Numbered from the stretch's first letter, positions 14,497-27,749 are shown. The stretch is DNA of 64,000 nt from Paragordius varius (GCA_964247055.1 OZ176052.1:10664001-10728000), one strand, 5' to 3'. The notes: generated from the sequence alone by a model not told the origin. Numbers and translations: made by a program.

Positions 14497-15698
14497 ATTT
14501 ATTCCACACTGTTTGTGGGAACAGACGACGAATCTCCATCCACCCTAACCATAGCATCTCGCGTAGGATTGAATTTATGTGATCCATTAAACTCAACTAA
14601 CTCAGGACTTATAGGGTCGCCTTCGGCTGGCCTGCGCGGCCCTAACGTAGGAACACGTATTCAAGAAATATTTGGGGCTGTTTATGACCCCACTTTGTTG
14701 AATACGGGAGGGAGTAAGCAATTATCCAATCTTTTTTCCTCAATGATGGTGAGTTGTAGTAGTAATAATAATGATAATACAAAGATAAATATGGGTAATG
14801 TTGGGATAAATATCGATCCAAACGCTGAAAATAAGGTAATATGTTAGCTTGATTGTAAAAGTAAATTGGTTATTTCATAATAAATAAACGGTTACAATGG
14901 CCATATTTTAATATATTTTTTCCTAAATTTTCTTGGCTTGGGTAGGAGAAAATTATTGAGATATAACTTAAAAAATATTTTAATACAGGGTCTTTTAATG
15001 ATCCATAGCTATGTTCATAAAACATAGCGGTTAAAATACTATTTTTCATTAAATTTTTCCCACTTAAACCACACTACACTTCGTTAAGAGTTATAAAGAC
15101 GCGGTTTCAAAAAAATGTCTTATTTATACCAAAATGAATACATCAAATTCAATTTATTGTCTTTTAAAAAGTTAACTGATAATATACAATTGAATGAATT
15201 GTTTAGTCACTTGAGGTGATATAAATTCTTCTATACGTTTTTTAATGATTTCCAGTTTAGTTCTTTTAACTATAGTATATATGTTTTATATGTCCTTTAT
15301 ACAAACATTCCGCAAACTAGGAAACAGTGGTCAATGTTACGGATAATGCTTTAGCCCTGTTCGAAGAAAACCTGATCTGACTAGGGGCCGGGTCTGAGAA
15401 CTTTGATACATTGTCAAAGTCTCAGATCCACCAAGCCTTTGTGATGGCTTCAACTTCTAAGCCAAAGACAACTAATATGGCCCGGCGAAATAAGAAATCT
15501 TGCGATTCAACCACGTCTCAAATAATGACCGGGGGAGGAGGAGGTGGTACTCCTCTTGGCAAAAGAAATAAAGCTTCAGGAGGAGGGAGTATATCGACAT
15601 CCGCATCAACTGCAATGACCAATAAACGGAGTATTGGAATGACCGTACAAAGGGAACAAATGATGGCTCTAAGATCAAACTATTGTACCATACAATGA
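14497..15698 (+). CDS. Two low-complexity coding exons ending in a CaaX motif (NYCTIQ*); probable C-terminal extension of KCNAB, alternatively a separate small gene starting at ATG 14479
   Basis: Exon 14497-14835 (acceptor tttcaaacag, donor gtaata, phase 0) and a terminal exon with its acceptor near 15399 or 15426, ending at 15698. Both are GC-richer than the flanks and in phase with the KCNAB donor at 13590. Confidence 0.55.
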
Positions 15699-15987
15699 AA
15701 ATGACAAATATATTTTTTGATACGCTTGTTTGCGCTTTTAAATTAATTTATTTAAAAATAAACAATAGTTGGCAAGTGCAATAATACATACATTTATAAA
15801 ATATCACAAACACTAATATAGTGTCACAATATATTATTGCGAATTTTTGGCTTATATAGTATATAAATAAGTAGCACATAACTTTATAAAACTATATAAA
15901 TATTATTAATGCCAAGCAGACAATAATAATTAGTTTGGTTAATGTTAAAGTAATATATAAAATAAGTGTGTCACAGTAAATTTGGTA

Positions 15988-18169
15988 TTAACATTGGAAA
16001 ACAGAAAAATTTGGCACTTCAATTGGAACATGATTATTTAATAATATAGAATCGTAAGAGATTTTTTTTGCGTTATTAATACCATTTAAATTAGCAGTAG
16101 CATAAACTTGTGTTTCATTATTATCAATATCCTTATTATATTTATTTTTATTTGGAAAGCTATCATTTTTGGTATTAATAAAAGGTTCTATTTGTTCTAA
16201 TTTTATCCAACCGGTAGAATGATAATCATTATTATATATTCCTCTGTAGAGAGTGGTAAGTGGATGAGATTCAGATACAATATCCAACACCTTTTTTAAA
16301 CGGATTGAGTTTTCATCAAAAGGGGAAATAATGTGAAAAAAATCATTATTGGGTGAATTTTGAGAAGAGGCATTATCTGAGAGATTGGTGAGAAATTCTT
16401 TTGTAAGAGATTCTATAATAGTGAGGTAAATTTTGTGACAATTATTTATAGATGCCAATATTAGGAATATATATACCATATACAATTCAAATTCACACAC
16501 CCTTAAACAATACAAATTCACCCTTAAACAAATCAAATTCACCCTAAAATGAATTAAGTGTTTTTTAAGATTAAAAAATACTTATATCTTTAAATATTTT
16601 TAAAAAATTGAAAAAATAATAAACTATGCAATAAAGATATATTTCATATTTATAATGAGTTATATTACTTTGAAAAAACACAATATATTTTTAGGGTGAA
16701 TTTGATTCAAGGGTGAATTTTAACTGTAAATGGTGTGTGAAAATCAGAAATATATTAAATAACAGTGATCTTAAGATATTTAATTCAGGTACCTAGTAAA
16801 AGATCCAATCCATGAGTAAAATCAAAGGGAAAAATTAAATCAAGATTTGTGTGACGTTTCGATAATTTATGATGTGTGGGTGAGTGTTGAATATTCCCAT
16901 TAGTAATATGGTTAAATTGTCCAACATCTTTTTCCAGAGAGTTATTGCATGCAGATTTGCTAAATAATATGGACGCGTCATCAAGTATAAATCCATTTGT
17001 TTTAGTTGTTTTGGTATTTGGTAGATATATCACTTTCTGACCATCATATCTTAGTGTACCTAAATTATAAAAATGGCAAACATTTATGGACGGTTTTTAA
17101 TTTTTTTATAAAATACCGATTCCAATAGTTAAATAAAATTTATTATATAACGCAAAAAAATTTTTTTATTTCCTTAGTAATTACATACGGTAAATACTGT
17201 TACAAAATACTAAATCGAGGACACATGTTAAAGACCCCTTTTCAAAAAAGTGAAAAATTTTAAACAAATATGTTTTTTAGACGTGTTGATTCTAAATACC
17301 GGATTCTCCATATATTTGAATGTATTGAAATTCATTTTCTGTGTGAACATTAAATTTGGCTTGAATACGGATTTTTCGTTCAAGTTTACTTAACAATTCA
17401 AAATAAAACGTCTGTTTAACATGAAATTTATAGTATGATTTTAAATTTTTATTATGGATGAGTATAGGTTCAACATGTAAATGGCTGATAAGATCATCAC
17501 CATTATGAGCAAGGAAATACTGAGCAAGATTCAAGTAATGCACTATAGTTGTATTCAAATATCCGCCACCCATCCATTTATCTGACATCCAAGATAAGTT
17601 GGTTTTATTCAATTCGTTGATGAAATCAAATTCGGATTTTTGGATCTAAAACGTTAATATATAAATTATACATTTATATCGATTTCAGTGATTGAACCAA
17701 TAACGTTTTTATTTAACAAATCTTTTATATATATGAACTCTGGAAGAAATCTTAATGGATATATTGCACTTGAAATCAAAGCGGAATAATAGCGGGATAA
17801 TTCAAATATTCTTTAAATAACTTAGAATATACTTTGTGTAATCAGTCAAATGTAAAGCTATGGGAGGAAAATACAAAACATGCTTCCCTATACTAATAGC
17901 CTTCACACAAACTTTTGCCTCTAAATAAGGTGGTAACACTGTTAAAATCAACCTCACGTCAGTATGCAATAACAGCTATAATATAAAATATAAATAAAAA
18001 CATCATCTATGCTTCCAAATATTTTGATATCATCGTGAACGTAACGGATATTATTGTAAGTCCATAAACCAACTATCTGATAACCTAATTCAAACAGCTT
18101 ATTAGATATATATTTGGAGATTGCATTGGCACCAAATATCCCAACCCCTGGAAGACTTTTAATTTGCAT
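15988..18169 (-). CDS. GFOD1: Glucose-fructose oxidoreductase domain-containing protein (Gfo/Idh/MocA family)
   Basis: Exons 18169-18002, 17975-17833, 17810-17672, 17645-17300, 17059-16793, 16412-15988. Motifs LPGVGIFG, IDDLLLHTDV..LPP, KAISIGKHV, YYSAL..PLRFLP, WMSDKWMGGGYLN, FNV..EF..IQIYGESG match GFOD1/2. Confidence 0.9.
16474..16735. mobile_element. TA-flanked TIR element, family A (TIR taccatttaca, subterminal 21-bp repeats), in the last GFOD1 intron
   Basis: Starts tataccatatacaattcaaattcac and ends gggtgaatttt..tgtaaatggtg; same ends as the copies at 21425, 41898, 43791 and 63657. Confidence 0.8.
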
Positions 18170-19129
18170 GCCTTGTTTTATCGAATTCACATTTTTTAGT
18201 GTATGTTAGCGTTTTCGCATGTGCACTAATATTTTAATTCATTACCTTTTATGTTTGTCCTAGTTTACCTTTTTAGGTAGTTTTTTTTCGGTTCAATTTT
18301 GTAAAATCACAAACGTTATTTTGGTTAAAATTTAATTATCCAACATTGTTCTCATGTATTAGATAAAAAAGTTTATATTTTTTACAGTTATGCGACTAGA
18401 ATCTAAAATGTGCAAACTCCAAAACGTGAGACGAACACCAGATATTTTGCTGGTAAAAGTAGCCATAAAGCATTTTAAAGTTAATTATTTTTATTTTATA
18501 ACAATAAGATATCGCGCAATCCTGGAATTTTTATTTTAAAAGAGCTGGCCCATTTTAAAGGAGCGAAAAAATTTGGAATTTCGGAACTCACATCTATTAA
18601 ATACTTTAAAAAATTGTCTGCTTTTTATAGGTATTTAAATACATTTTAGTGATATTTTTTGGAACATTTGCTTTCACCAAAATATATTTGTTCAAATTTT
18701 GTCATTTTCTGATATAGACCTCTTTCACAAAAGTGTAAAGATATATTACTCGTGGGGCCAAACCAAAAGCACCGTGATAATCTTGATACGTTTTCCTATC
18801 AGAATATATATATTTGATCAAGTAATTTTTTTATATACACTGCCCCCCTTTGATGCAGTGTATTAATAATTAAAATTGATAAATTATATTTATTGCAGTA
18901 AATTTGATCATTCTATATCATTATTATCAATTTTGATAGGGCGATAGTATTTGTATTTACATATAATTTTCCCCTTTTTAACTAATAATTATATAAAAAA
19001 GAATATATTCACAACCTAAATTGTCGTAATAGTGATATGCTCGTAAACTAGGAGATCATCAAACCTATACTAGATAGAAAAGGTTTTGTTTAATATGTGA
19101 TCACTAAAAAGCATCTTATGCTTATTTAA

Positions 19130-19665
19130 CAGTTATATACAACACATTAATTTTAGCCCTTCGATTTAAATTGGGGTAGTGAAATACCCCAGGCCTGTTT
19201 AAAATTAAATTCTTTAAAAATATGCAAGGAATCGAACCCATGCCAAAATTTTGCACTTATATAACATTAATAAACCGAAATATATTTAAAATTTATTCAA
19301 AAACACTTGATATTACTTATTTTAAGCTAAAACCGAAAAGTAAAATTTTAGTCAACGTGACATGTGTGCAAAGGTAAAATAGAAAAATAACACAAAATAA
19401 ACCGCTTTTTCTATTTCTCTCAATGTTAGATGTAATTTTAATAAAAAATTAGCTTTTATTTTACCCTTAAAATTAAATAAAGACGATATTTTGAAAAATT
19501 TTAAATAAAAATGGCGTCGAAGTAATTTGACATGGAACTTTTTTTAAAAACAAATTTTATTTGGATATTTTGGCATATTTATATAACTTTTATTAAGATA
19601 GAAGCATAAATTTAAATCGGGACCGTTTCAGTAGTTTTTAAAAATTCAACTTAGTCTGGAATCTA
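19130..19665. mobile_element. piggyBac-like MITE (family D), degenerate and truncated at one end
   Basis: Internal sequence matches the 30355-30931 and 51267-51735 copies; TTAA precedes the left end. Confidence 0.65.
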
Positions 19666-21424
19666 TCTAATAACAAGTAAAATTTTAGATATCATTTAGA
19701 TTAAAAAAATTATCCATAAAACACCTTTAGGGCATCTACTTCGAATAATTTAAAAAAATATGTTTTTTGTACGGCTAAATGGAAAGCTAACATCTGAGCA
19801 ATAATTAAAAATAATACAGAACCAGAAACATAAATATATTTTAGCTCATTCATTCATTTAACATTTCATTGCCTTTCATTTTTATATAGTTTGTTACATT
19901 TTGAGATAGTTTGTACCGTAGTGCTTGAACTTGTGTATAAACTACCATTTGACAGTTGTTTGGTTAAATTTCAATTATCAAAAATTGTTCTTATATATTT
20001 GGTAAGTTTTATTTCAGTTTTTTTATTCCTAGAGTTTCAAATTGGGATGGTAAAACAAACAGCTGATTTTAAAATAAATTAATATTAAAACTTTGATATA
20101 AGCTTTTTTAAGTCGATTAATTAATCCAACCATAATAATTTATTTGTGTGTTGTGTTAGCGATTTAAAAGAAAGAAAAAATGGCGGCGGATATGGGAATT
20201 TTTTACAATTTTACATTTTAAAAAAATTTGAGGCATTAGCCTATAAAGCTGAAGAAATAATATTTTTGAAAATGCAAAAAAAAAATTTATTGGGCATAAA
20301 ACTTAATTGTTAATGCTGTCAAATTTGACTTTCAATTAAATTAGCACATATCAGGGGTAAGAAACTTTTTGCCCCGGGCTACCTTTTGGGGAGAAACTTC
20401 CGGGCAGAATATTAAAAATTAAGAGATTCATTTATTTCAACACAATGATCAAATATAAATCTCTATTTATGGATTGGGGTGACAAGCACATGCTTTTTTA
20501 AAATAATTATTCCAAAAAATAATTATTCTTGTGTAGTTATTTTTATACATAATCTAAACCAGTGGTACTCAAACCAGTGCTTTAAAATTGCCCTATGACC
20601 ATATTGATAGTTCAATTATTTTTTTATTGATGAATTTTTAAAATACACATTAACGAATTTTCCCTTATTTTAATATTAATTTATTTCTTTAGACTTAATT
20701 TTGGTATTTTAATTTTCTATTCAAAATGTAGAAAAATTTCCCTTGGGACACGTTGTTTCTGTTTCTGTACTCTATTTTCTTTTGTATTTAAAAATTTTTA
20801 TTGCAATCTTTTTTGTATTTGAGCAAGCCTTTCACCCAAACTTGCATAAACATATTCTTTTCATTGCTATCCTGCATCATTTTATATAACTCATTCCAAA
20901 ATATTTTTCATATCATCATTAAATTTCGGCCTTTTTTATGGCATAATTCAAATTATATCCCTATTTTTGAAAAAAAATAAATAATAATTAAAAATAAATT
21001 CAAAGGATGACATCAAATGCTAAAAAACGTAAATTATCCGATGAAAATCGCTCCTTTAAAAAAGAATTGAAGAATAATTCTTTATCGTTTTAAATAATGT
21101 TGTTATTGCCATATTAAGGACAACATATTTATAAATAAATACAATATTGAAAGATATTTTTCAATCCATCAACAGAAAATCATGAGGAAAGAAACGAAAA
21201 ATATAAAAATAAGGAATTATACTAGAAAGAAAAATGTATTATGTCCATAGCTTTCTCCCAGATATTTTCCAACGCTTAAAACGATTCATAAAATATGGAA
21301 TTTACCACGGAGATTAATTAAATAATAATGGACAATTTAACATTTTTATCTAATGAGAAATTCAGATTTCAAGAATAAAGAAATTAAAATTGCTTTAAAC
21401 TCGTTGAACCATGGCTTATGGATA

Positions 21425-22686
21425 TACCATTTACAATTCAAATTCACCCTAAAACAATTCAAATTCACCCTTGAACAATTCAAATTCACCCTCGAACAAT
21501 TCGACCCTTGAACAATTCAAATTCACCCTCAAATAAACTATATGTTTTTGAGATGAAAAATTTCCTATATATTTTTTATAATAATAATTACATTATATGA
21601 TATCACTCTTTCGAGCGGTCATATTCGTAAACTATTTCGCCATAGAACCCTGTCTAAGGCGTCTTCGCGTTTTAGGTTCAGTTTTGCCATGTCCCTCTTA
21701 ACTGTATCTATCCATCGCGTTTTAGGGCGCCCTTTTCCCCTCTTGCCTTTTACAATATAATCATCAATCATTTTACCAATGTAATTTTTATCTCTTCTTT
21801 CAACATGTCCAAACCATCTTAAACGATTTACCATCATCTTTTGCGTTACCGATTTGATTTCCGTACTTCCTCTTATGTAGACATTCTTCACCTTGTCATT
21901 CCTCGTTACACCGCACATCAATCTAAGCATTCTCATTTCAGTAACCTCAAAGTGTCTCTCTTCTGATTTCTTTATTGCCCATGTCTGTGAGTTGTACATC
22001 ATTGTTGGTTGTACAACAGCACTGTAAATCTTACCCTTTACTTTTAGGTCAATATTTTTGTCGCACAAAACACTTGAGATCTTTTTATAATTTGCCCAAC
22101 TATTTCGAATTCTTAAATTAATATCAAGTGTTAAAGAACCATCAGCTGCTAATATCGCTCCTAAATATTTGCATTCTTCCTGACCTTTTAATACCCACCC
22201 TTCTTCTAATTCTATTTCTCGTTTTTTTCCGCCAAAATTTATCAGTTCCGTTTTCTTTTTGTTAACTTTTAATCCGCATCGTCGTAACACATCAATCCAT
22301 TTACCCACCGATTCTTTTAATTCATGCAACTCGTCTGACAGCACTATTAGGTCGTCTGCATAAAAAAAATACCAGCCATCGTGTTGCCCTACTTCTTTTG
22401 AAATTTCGTCCATGCATATTATAAATAATAACGGGCTGATTGCAGACCCCTGATAGACCCCTTCGTTTTAGGACCTGATATTCCCTGGTGTGTTTTAATT
22501 TTCGTTTGGTGTGATTCAAATTTTAAAAAATAAATCTTTTAAATTAAAATAATACTGAAAAAATAATAAACTATGCCATAAAGATATATATCATATTAAT
22601 AGTGAGTTATATTGATTCAAAAACACATAATTTATTTTTAGGGTGAATTTGAATTGTTCGAGGGTGAATTTTAACTGTAAATGGTA
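21425..22686. mobile_element. Family A TIR element inserted in the hAT transposase and carrying an RTE fragment
   Basis: TA-taccatttaca ... tgtaaatggta-TA, with subterminal caattcaaattcaccc repeats at both ends. Confidence 0.88.
21619..22510 (-). mobile_element. 5'-truncated RTE-clade non-LTR retrotransposon (C-terminal half of the reverse transcriptase)
   Basis: 264-aa open frame with GVYQGSAISPLLF (just upstream of the ORF call), YADD, KYLG, RLRWFGHVERR and RGKGRPKTRW, all typical of RTE reverse transcriptases. The 5' boundary is approximate. Confidence 0.93.
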
Positions 22687-23442
22687 TATATCCCTTATTA
22701 AGCAACTTGAGCATTTCGGTTTTGATCAGGCGCATATCACTGAAAAATTCGTAAATTTTAAAAATGATTCCAATTCGCTAAGTTATCCTAACTGTGTTTC
22801 CCTTACATATGTGTGACAGCATATTTAAAAATGAAGTATGTCAAGAATACATACAGAAATCGCTTAACCGATGATCATATGGACGACGTATTAAGATTGG
22901 CCGGTCATGAGGAGCCAAATTTCTCAAAAATTATTGGTTAATATCAAAATAAATGTTGTGATCAAAATTATTACTTTTTTAAACTAAATGGTACAAAACA
23001 AGTTTTAGCTAGATTTAAATGCGATTTGCAAAAATAAATTGTTCTTATTTAAAGTATAAATATGTGCATATATGTCAAATATGGAATATTTGCGATTTTA
23101 AGGTGAATGGCCCTCGAAAAAAAATATATTTTATTTGGCCCGTCAAATTTTTTTAATGAGTACCACTGATCTAAACTTTACCAAAAAAAATAAATGTTAA
23201 TCTCTGGTTGGCACAATCAGTACAAATACCAAATAGATTATTAAATTTACTATGAATTAACCACCTTGCGACGGATTTTATATGATTGAACTAAAAATAG
23301 ATTTGCAGGTCTTGGCAAAAATCTTAACCCAATTTGTAAGTTGTAATTATGGAAATTCTTGGGGCATTCGATTGCTCTTATATATAGTAAAAAAATAAAT
23401 GAACTTAGTTAAATATAAATTTTTGTTAACAATAAAATTTTA

Positions 23443-24453
23443 TCAAATATTATTTGTAAAAATGGAAAATTCTGGCTTTGTGATCTGTTTCCGGAAAACC
23501 GGTAGACCCATTCAAATCCAAATGTTGAAAAAATATAATCATTAATAATTGCCCCGACAATAGCTTCGCCCTTTTTTGAATTAGGTCCCCAGTTCGGGCC
23601 CACCCGTGTGAAAAACGGTTTTTTAAAAAAACATAAGTCCACAAAAATCGTGTCTTTGAGACAATTTTCCGGAGAACGTGTTGGACCATTCAATTTCAAA
23701 TATGATTTTTGTTTATTTATTTTCGATTGCGCCGAACATTGTCGGCTCGCTTTTTTAATTTAGCCCGTCTTTTTACCCGCTCCCTCCGTAAAATGCCATT
23801 TTTTTCAAAAAAACAAAGTCCACAAAAATAATTTTTTAAATCTATTTTTCGCCCAAGGTATGAGACCGTAAAAATTCAATGAGGATTCTACGTATTCCCT
23901 GTTAAAAGGCAAAAATTTAAGTCAAGCGTTTCTTTGATGATAGCTGCTGGTAAGGAGCTACCCGCGAAAAAATGACCCATCATATCGGAATAGCGGGCTT
24001 TTGGGGCTAAATTTCAGAAAAGCTATCAGGTCATATGAGTTCAATAGCTGCTTAAAGTATTACCCGTAAAAAGTCAAAATTTTAGTCGAGCGGATTTTTT
24101 GACCTAGCCATTAAAAAGGCCCTTTACCCCCTAAAAATGCGCTATCATGAACTATTATTTAATTTTGGAGCCATTCTTCCATAAACTATTAGGATTGAAC
24201 GCCGATTCCAGGTATAAAGGCAAATATTTTTATCTAACTACATTTTAATATTGGCCTCTGAGTAGTGGGTCGTACCCGCCTACAACTGCGCCATCATATC
24301 GATACAGCATGCCTTGGAGCCAAATTTCAGAAAACTCTATGTGAATCATTTAAAAACTTGGTGCTGCATAATTAAAATCAAATAAGCCCCCCTACCACCC
24401 CAGAAGACCAAAGGACTTCCTCGGGCTGCGTAGCAGCACGAGATTTTTGCTAG
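23443..24453 (+). mobile_element. Non-autonomous Helitron (family B), apparently full length
   Basis: A|TC 5' end, 3' hairpin gctgc-gta-gcagc followed by CTAG|T, no TSD, internal subrepeats shared with other copies. Confidence 0.85.
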
Positions 24454-25262
24454 TACAAAATAAAAATAATTTAAGAATTTTTTATAATTTTGTGAAAAAA
24501 AATTCAATACAATATTTTTTATTTTTCCAAAAGGCGTCCCATTTTAAAATTCGCGGTCACGAAGTCGACAGTTTGGCCACTGGCATATATCAGGTTATTT
24601 TTGATGATATTTATATTTTAATACAATAACATTATACAGTAAAATTTTCAAGTGGTATCTTCTAACAGACTTGAACGACCCCAATTCATATCCAAGGATA
24701 TATATGAACATGATTTGTATTCAAAAGTTAATATATACAGTCAAAGATTTTTACATACTTAGAGCATGAATCAATTTTTTTATATGAGGAGTAACGAATG
24801 ACAAAAAATTTTACAACGTCTTAAAAAGGTTGATTTACATATAATCCATAATTTGGCCTTGTCATTCGATTTAAAGACCACATATAATTTAAATCATCTA
24901 AATCTTCATCAGCACTTTTGTAAAAAAAGTATTTAATGATTTAAAGAATGAAGACAAAAGTAAATACTGTCAAACAGATTATGCTTTGGAATAAAACCAA
25001 TTAAACGCGCTTATGAATTCCGCTCATAAGTGTGTCGAGGAAACGGAGTTTTGCGATTTTGTTTGTAAAATAAGCTCAATGTTGCCTTGTCATAGATTAA
25101 TGAAAAATAAAAATATTTTTTAAATATCTGTGAAGGTTTTAACAATTCAAAATTTAAAATTTTGCGGGAGTAAATTATTTAAAAAAATTTACCTTTAAAG
25201 TAATTTAATCTCATCAATCGACAACTCTTGAAAATGTAAAAAAAACAAAAAATAATAAATGT

Positions 25263-27313
25263 TTAGTCAGTTTTATTTGATATATTTATGTGAGCATTTA
25301 TATTCTTTTTTGGCAGTAATATGTTAGCTTGCGGATGCCGTACTGAGATATTCAAAATTATGTAACTAATGATTGCAAAGCATATAGATAAAAGAGTAAT
25401 TAGGAACCCAGGTTTTTTATAATTTTGAAGGAGTAGTGTCCATAAATAATTTAGCCATTTGAACAATTTCTGACTATATATATTCGTCTTTTTCCGCGAA
25501 GCGATGGAATTTGCCTTATATTGTTGATTTATCAAACGTTCATGATTTTCACGTTCCTCACTAAGACATAAAATATAATTACTTTTACATATAAAAAAAT
25601 AATTTATTACAATATGCATGATAGAAATTTAAATATAAATCATTGCAAAAATAAAATCCAAAGTGTTTATCGTATATTCGCCTTAAAAATTATAATAAAA
25701 TAAATTAGTCTTGACCAATTAATTTATTAAGTAAACACCATGTATTATGTACCTGAAAAAAATATGGTAAATTATTTAATTAAGTGTTAGAAATAGCGAT
25801 TATCAACATTATAAAAACCAACAGGGCAAATTTTGCAAAACAATAAATTGTGTAATTATTTACAAAATTTATATTATTACCTATTAATTGAATATAAAAC
25901 TTACCATCTTTCCAGATATTTATCTCGTTCGGCTAGTAAGGTATGAGGAGAATGGGAAAGATATAATTGTGCAGCTTGCTCAATCCACTCCTCAAGATTG
26001 ATGTCAAAAATATCATTCTCGTTTCTTTTATTTTCATCATTGTAGTCACCGAAACCGCTAGATGCGGAGGTAAGGGTCAATTTTAAACTCGTAATGTTGG
26101 ATGATAGTATTTTATGAATAGCTGGTCCAATGTCAAACACGTCTTTGACTACTTCAAAGGCACTTTCATTAGTGCTTATAGCTTCGTTGTTGCAATCATT
26201 CGCTGGGTCTAACCCAATCGTTTTATAGATCAAGGGTTTATAATGCAAGGCATAACATGCACTCAAGTACAATGGTATTAATGGATCACCTATACCCATT
26301 ATAAACTCATAGATTCGAGCAAGGGCATCCACATTATCGTCGAGGACATGACCGAACCAAGTTATCAAATGACTCAAGGCAAACAGAGGCGGGTTAAGCC
26401 CTGCTTTTTGCTCAAGGAATTGGGCAAATGAAGCATCAACACAACCAATAATGGGATATAGATATGCCAATAATTTTGTCGTAGGTTCCATCGTGGGTGT
26501 CATGAAATCTCTAAAATATTGGGAATAATTTTCAAAGTCATAAAGTTTTTAATATAAATTATTATTAAGATTAATAAAAGTATACGGTGCCGTTTTTTGG
26601 CTGAAATTATTTTTTTGGACATGTCGAAACATAAAGCACCGAAACCAGTTCTTAGACCGTTTCTAAAATTCCAGCGGTAATTATTTTTTATTTCAATTTT
26701 TTCTTAAATTACCCTTTTTTCAATATTGTTTCCATATTATTTATATTATGAGAATATATCACCATTTTATATGCCAAAAACGTTGTTACTTAAATATGAA
26801 TGTATTACGTCAAAAATTCTGCAGTAATATATTTGAGAATTCGATATGCATTTTTATCATCAACTATAAGGAGTATAGTGATTGCGATATCATGATATCC
26901 TTGGTAATAATGTAAGCGTGAATCAGAATGCAACACTTTAAGTATTAAATCTAACGCTCTAACTTGTATTAAACTGCGTTCCTCATCATCAATTCCTAAC
27001 AATCAATATGAATTTAACCTGGAGGAAAACGTTTAAGCGTGCGTTGTAAATCTATATTAATTTGTGATTTGTATTTATCAACAATCCCTTTAGAATCTAA
27101 TTGTAACAGATTATTGAAACCCTTTTCCTTAGAGGGTAGTGGAGTAACAAATAGAGGCCATAACCTTTCTCGGTAATCTTTGTTCAATAAACCATATTTT
27201 GAAACTGATTCTAGTCTTATTTCATCTATATTGGGTGTTGTGAGTATTTTTTGTAATTTTAACTCTTTGCTGGCAGAGCATATGGTTTTTAATTTAAACG
27301 AGGATTCATTCAT
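25263..27313 (-). CDS. TBC1D20: TBC1 domain family member 20 (Rab1/Rab18 GAP) with C-terminal TM anchor
   Basis: Exons 27313-27019, 26995-26809, 26510-25905, 25560-25263. Motifs GLLNKDYRERLWP, DLQRTLKRFPPG, LHYYQGYHDI, DFMTPTME, FALSHLITWFGHVL, PLIPLYLSA, plus a hydrophobic C-terminal segment. Confidence 0.93.
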
Positions 27314-27322
27314 AAAATATAT

Positions 27323-27747
27323 ATGGAAAATGAAATTACCACTTCGAGTGATAGTTCTTGTACGAATCCGCATGCGGAAACTACCAAGGATGATAGTTTA
27401 GGACAATCACTCTATCAATTATTCCAACCAGGCCTTAAAGCATTTTATACAGATTTGGAATATTTTAAGTATGTATTTCCTTTACTTAGGACTTTACAAA
27501 ATGAATTATTACGGCTATTGGATAATGTTAATGCGGGTATTTTATGGATAAAATAGATTGTATAGATATTGTGAATTTAGAATTAAACTCCGCAAAAAAT
27601 GATACAACAATTTACTTTGATAGAATTCGAAACCTTAATTCGAGACTGTCGGCCATTAGATCCTCAATAACTACCATACAAGTAATGACACATAAAAATA
27701 AATAGAATCGCCTAAACAACATATATCAATTACAAACTGAAAAATAA
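27323..27747 (+). CDS. SNAPIN: Snapin (BLOC-1/BORC subunit) homolog
   Basis: Exons 27323-27468, 27490-27536, 27557 (or 27566)-27681, 27706-27747 give LGQSLYQLFQPGL..LQNELLRLLDNV..YFDRIRNLNSRL..IQNRLNNI, which aligns by eye with the Snapin helices. Confidence 0.75.
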
Positions 27748-27749
27748 AT

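Larger units (their letters stand above)
20560..23168 (+). mobile_element. hAT (Charlie/SPIN-like) transposon with a decayed transposase, interrupted by two nested insertions
   Basis: TIR cagtggtactca / tgagtaccactg and a perfect 8-bp TSD, atctaaac. Remnants KKRKLSDENRSFKK (about 21020) and KMKYVKNTYRNRLTDDHMDDVLRL (about 22830-22900; hAT C-terminal dimerisation motif). Confidence 0.9.
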
